Below, one piece after another: positions 62,566 to 64,000 of a DNA stretch of 64,000 nt. How positions within the stretch are numbered: position 1 is the stretch's first letter; each line of letters opens with the position of its first letter. The position numbers were made by a program, and so were the translations under genes. Location of the stretch: the NCBI GenBank assembly GCA_965140705.1, contig OZ223300.1, positions 1,056,001 to 1,120,000 of the forward strand. Reading direction: 5' to 3'. Below the pieces are notes generated by a model that saw nothing but the letters and a program-made list of their open reading frames with translations, ran no database searches and was not told the DNA's origin. Source of the DNA: an uncultured Arcobacter sp. (GTDB lineage: Bacteria; Campylobacterota; Campylobacteria; Campylobacterales; Arcobacteraceae).

Positions 62566-63135
62566 ATGAAAAAACTATTTTTAATTATTGGAGCACCTGG
62601 AAGTGGCAAGACTACAGATGCAGAATTAATAGCTGCAAAACATGATAATATCACTCATTATTCAACTGGAGATATGTTTAGAGCGGAAGTTGCAAGTGGA
62701 AGTGAAAGAGGAAAAATAATTGATACTTATATTAGTGTTGGAAATATAGTACCAATTGATATAGCTATTGAGACAATTTTAGGAGCGATAAAAAAAGCTT
62801 CTACTGATGTGGTAATTATAGATGGTTATCCAAGAAGTTTTGAGCAAATGTCAGAACTTGATAGATATTTAAAAAATGAAGCTGAAGTTGAATTAATAAA
62901 TGTTATAGAAGTAGTAGTATCAGAAGAAGTAGCTTGTGATAGAGTTCTTGGACGAGCAAGGGGAGCTGATGATAATGTTGAAGTATTTAATAATAGAATG
63001 AAAATTTATACTGAACCATTAGCTGAGATTCAAGAGTTTTATAAAAGAAAAAATCTTTTGGAAAGAATTGATGGAGAAAGAACCATTGATGAAATTGTTG
63101 ACGAAATCGATAAATTTATTCAATTAAAAATTTAA
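62566..63135 (+). CDS. Adenylate kinase-family NMP kinase, short LID
   Basis: GAPGSGKTT, STGDMFR, IDGYPR, RARGADD. Confidence 0.9.
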   Translation: MKKLFLIIGAPGSGKTTDAELIAAKHDNITHYSTGDMFRAEVASGSERGKIIDTYISVGNIVPIDIAIETILGAIKKASTDVVIIDGYPRSFEQMSELDRYLKNEAEVELINVIEVVVSEEVACDRVLGRARGADDNVEVFNNRMKIYTEPLAEIQEFYKRKNLLERIDGERTIDEIVDEIDKFIQLKI

Positions 63136-63890
63136 TGAAAAAAGAATTTAACTTTTACTCAGTTATTATTGGAACTGAGCTATTAAATGGACGTCGAAAA
63201 GATGCTCATTTCTCTTTTTTAAATGAGCAACTTCTTAAAAGAGGTTGGATACACAAAGCCTCTTTTGTGATTGAAGATGATGTTAAGTTGATGAAAAATA
63301 TTTTCAATCTAATAAAAGCTGATAAAGACTCAGTGATGTTCTGTTTTGGTGGTATTGGGGCAACTCCTGATGATTATACAAGAGAAATAGCTGCTGAAGT
63401 TTTTACAGATGGTCAAATGGAATACCATGAAAAAGCAAAAGACTTAATTATAAACCAATTTGGAGAGGAAGCATATCCCCATAGAATTGAGATGGCTCAT
63501 TTACCCATAAATGCAAAGCTTCTTAAAAATGTAGTAAATAATGTAGCTGGTTTTTATTTGGAAAATAGATTTTTCTTTACACCAGGCTTTCCCTCTATGA
63601 GTCAAAGTATGGTTATAGAAGCACTTGATACTCATTATAAGATGAACGAAGTCAAAAAGTTTAGATTAACTCTTAGTGCTTTTTGTGGAGAAAACAACTT
63701 AATTGATATTATGAAAAAAGTTTCGAGCAAAGTTGAGTTATCATCTTTGCCTAAAATTATTGATGATAAAAGAATAGTTGTTTTATCTTTAATATCAAAA
63801 GATGAGAAGCTAGTAAAAGAGAATTTCTCTATGTTTACTAAATATTTAGATGATAAACAAATAGAGTACGAGCTAAAAGATTTTGATTAG
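63135..63890 (+). CDS. CinA N-terminal/molybdopterin-binding domain protein
   Basis: IIGTELLNG, GGIGATPDDYT, PGFP. Confidence 0.88.
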   Translation: MKKEFNFYSVIIGTELLNGRRKDAHFSFLNEQLLKRGWIHKASFVIEDDVKLMKNIFNLIKADKDSVMFCFGGIGATPDDYTREIAAEVFTDGQMEYHEKAKDLIINQFGEEAYPHRIEMAHLPINAKLLKNVVNNVAGFYLENRFFFTPGFPSMSQSMVIEALDTHYKMNEVKKFRLTLSAFCGENNLIDIMKKVSSKVELSSLPKIIDDKRIVVLSLISKDEKLVKENFSMFTKYLDDKQIEYELKDFD

Positions 63891-64000
63891 GGTTGATTGT
63901 AAAATTTAAACTTAAAGCCTTTATCTTCTTTGTACTTAGCTAGATTAAAATCTTCCCAAACTTTTTTACAAAGATTATATCCTTTATCATATCCAGGTTT
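63887..64000 (-). CDS. C-terminal end of an unidentified gene running off the window
   Basis: Open frame KPGYDKGYNLCKKVWEDF...FYNQP* on minus strand. Confidence 0.55.
   Translation of the reverse strand, partial: KPGYDKGYNLCKKVWEDFNLAKYKEDKGFKFKFYNQP

Overview
AT-rich chromosomal window from a Campylobacterota bacterium, most consistent with Arcobacteraceae (inferred from gene content and protein sequences). 1-20 kb is a nitrogen-scavenging island: hybrid histidine kinase, urtABCDE, ureD, then an MFS/ABC/GntR/puuE-alc-allA allantoin cassette that separates ureD from ureA(fused gamma-beta)-ureC-ureEFG. Its promoters share a 17-bp dyad TGTATA-N5-TATACA. 20-39 kb holds tonB-exbB-exbD with a Fur box, thiL, truD, a CheZ-like mini-protein, two chemoreceptors, ruvA-ddl-hydrolase-murF, a four-helix-bundle gene enclosed by inverted heptamer repeats, HIT, Rid, D-amino acid dehydrogenase and dGTPase. 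40-43 kb looks like a prophage end remnant (dam fragment, S24 repressor, two HEPN-like genes). 43-54 kb is the S10-spc ribosomal operon through infA. 54-64 kb contains a GGDEF protein, a small HTH, a degenerate UDG, aspS, a radical SAM protein and two divergent adenylate kinases. The most striking unexplained feature is at 31.6-32.1 kb: two back-to-back ~200-nt non-coding units with the same nested stem architecture and conserved loop motifs but almost fully different, compensated stem sequences. All calls are by-eye; no database searches were run.
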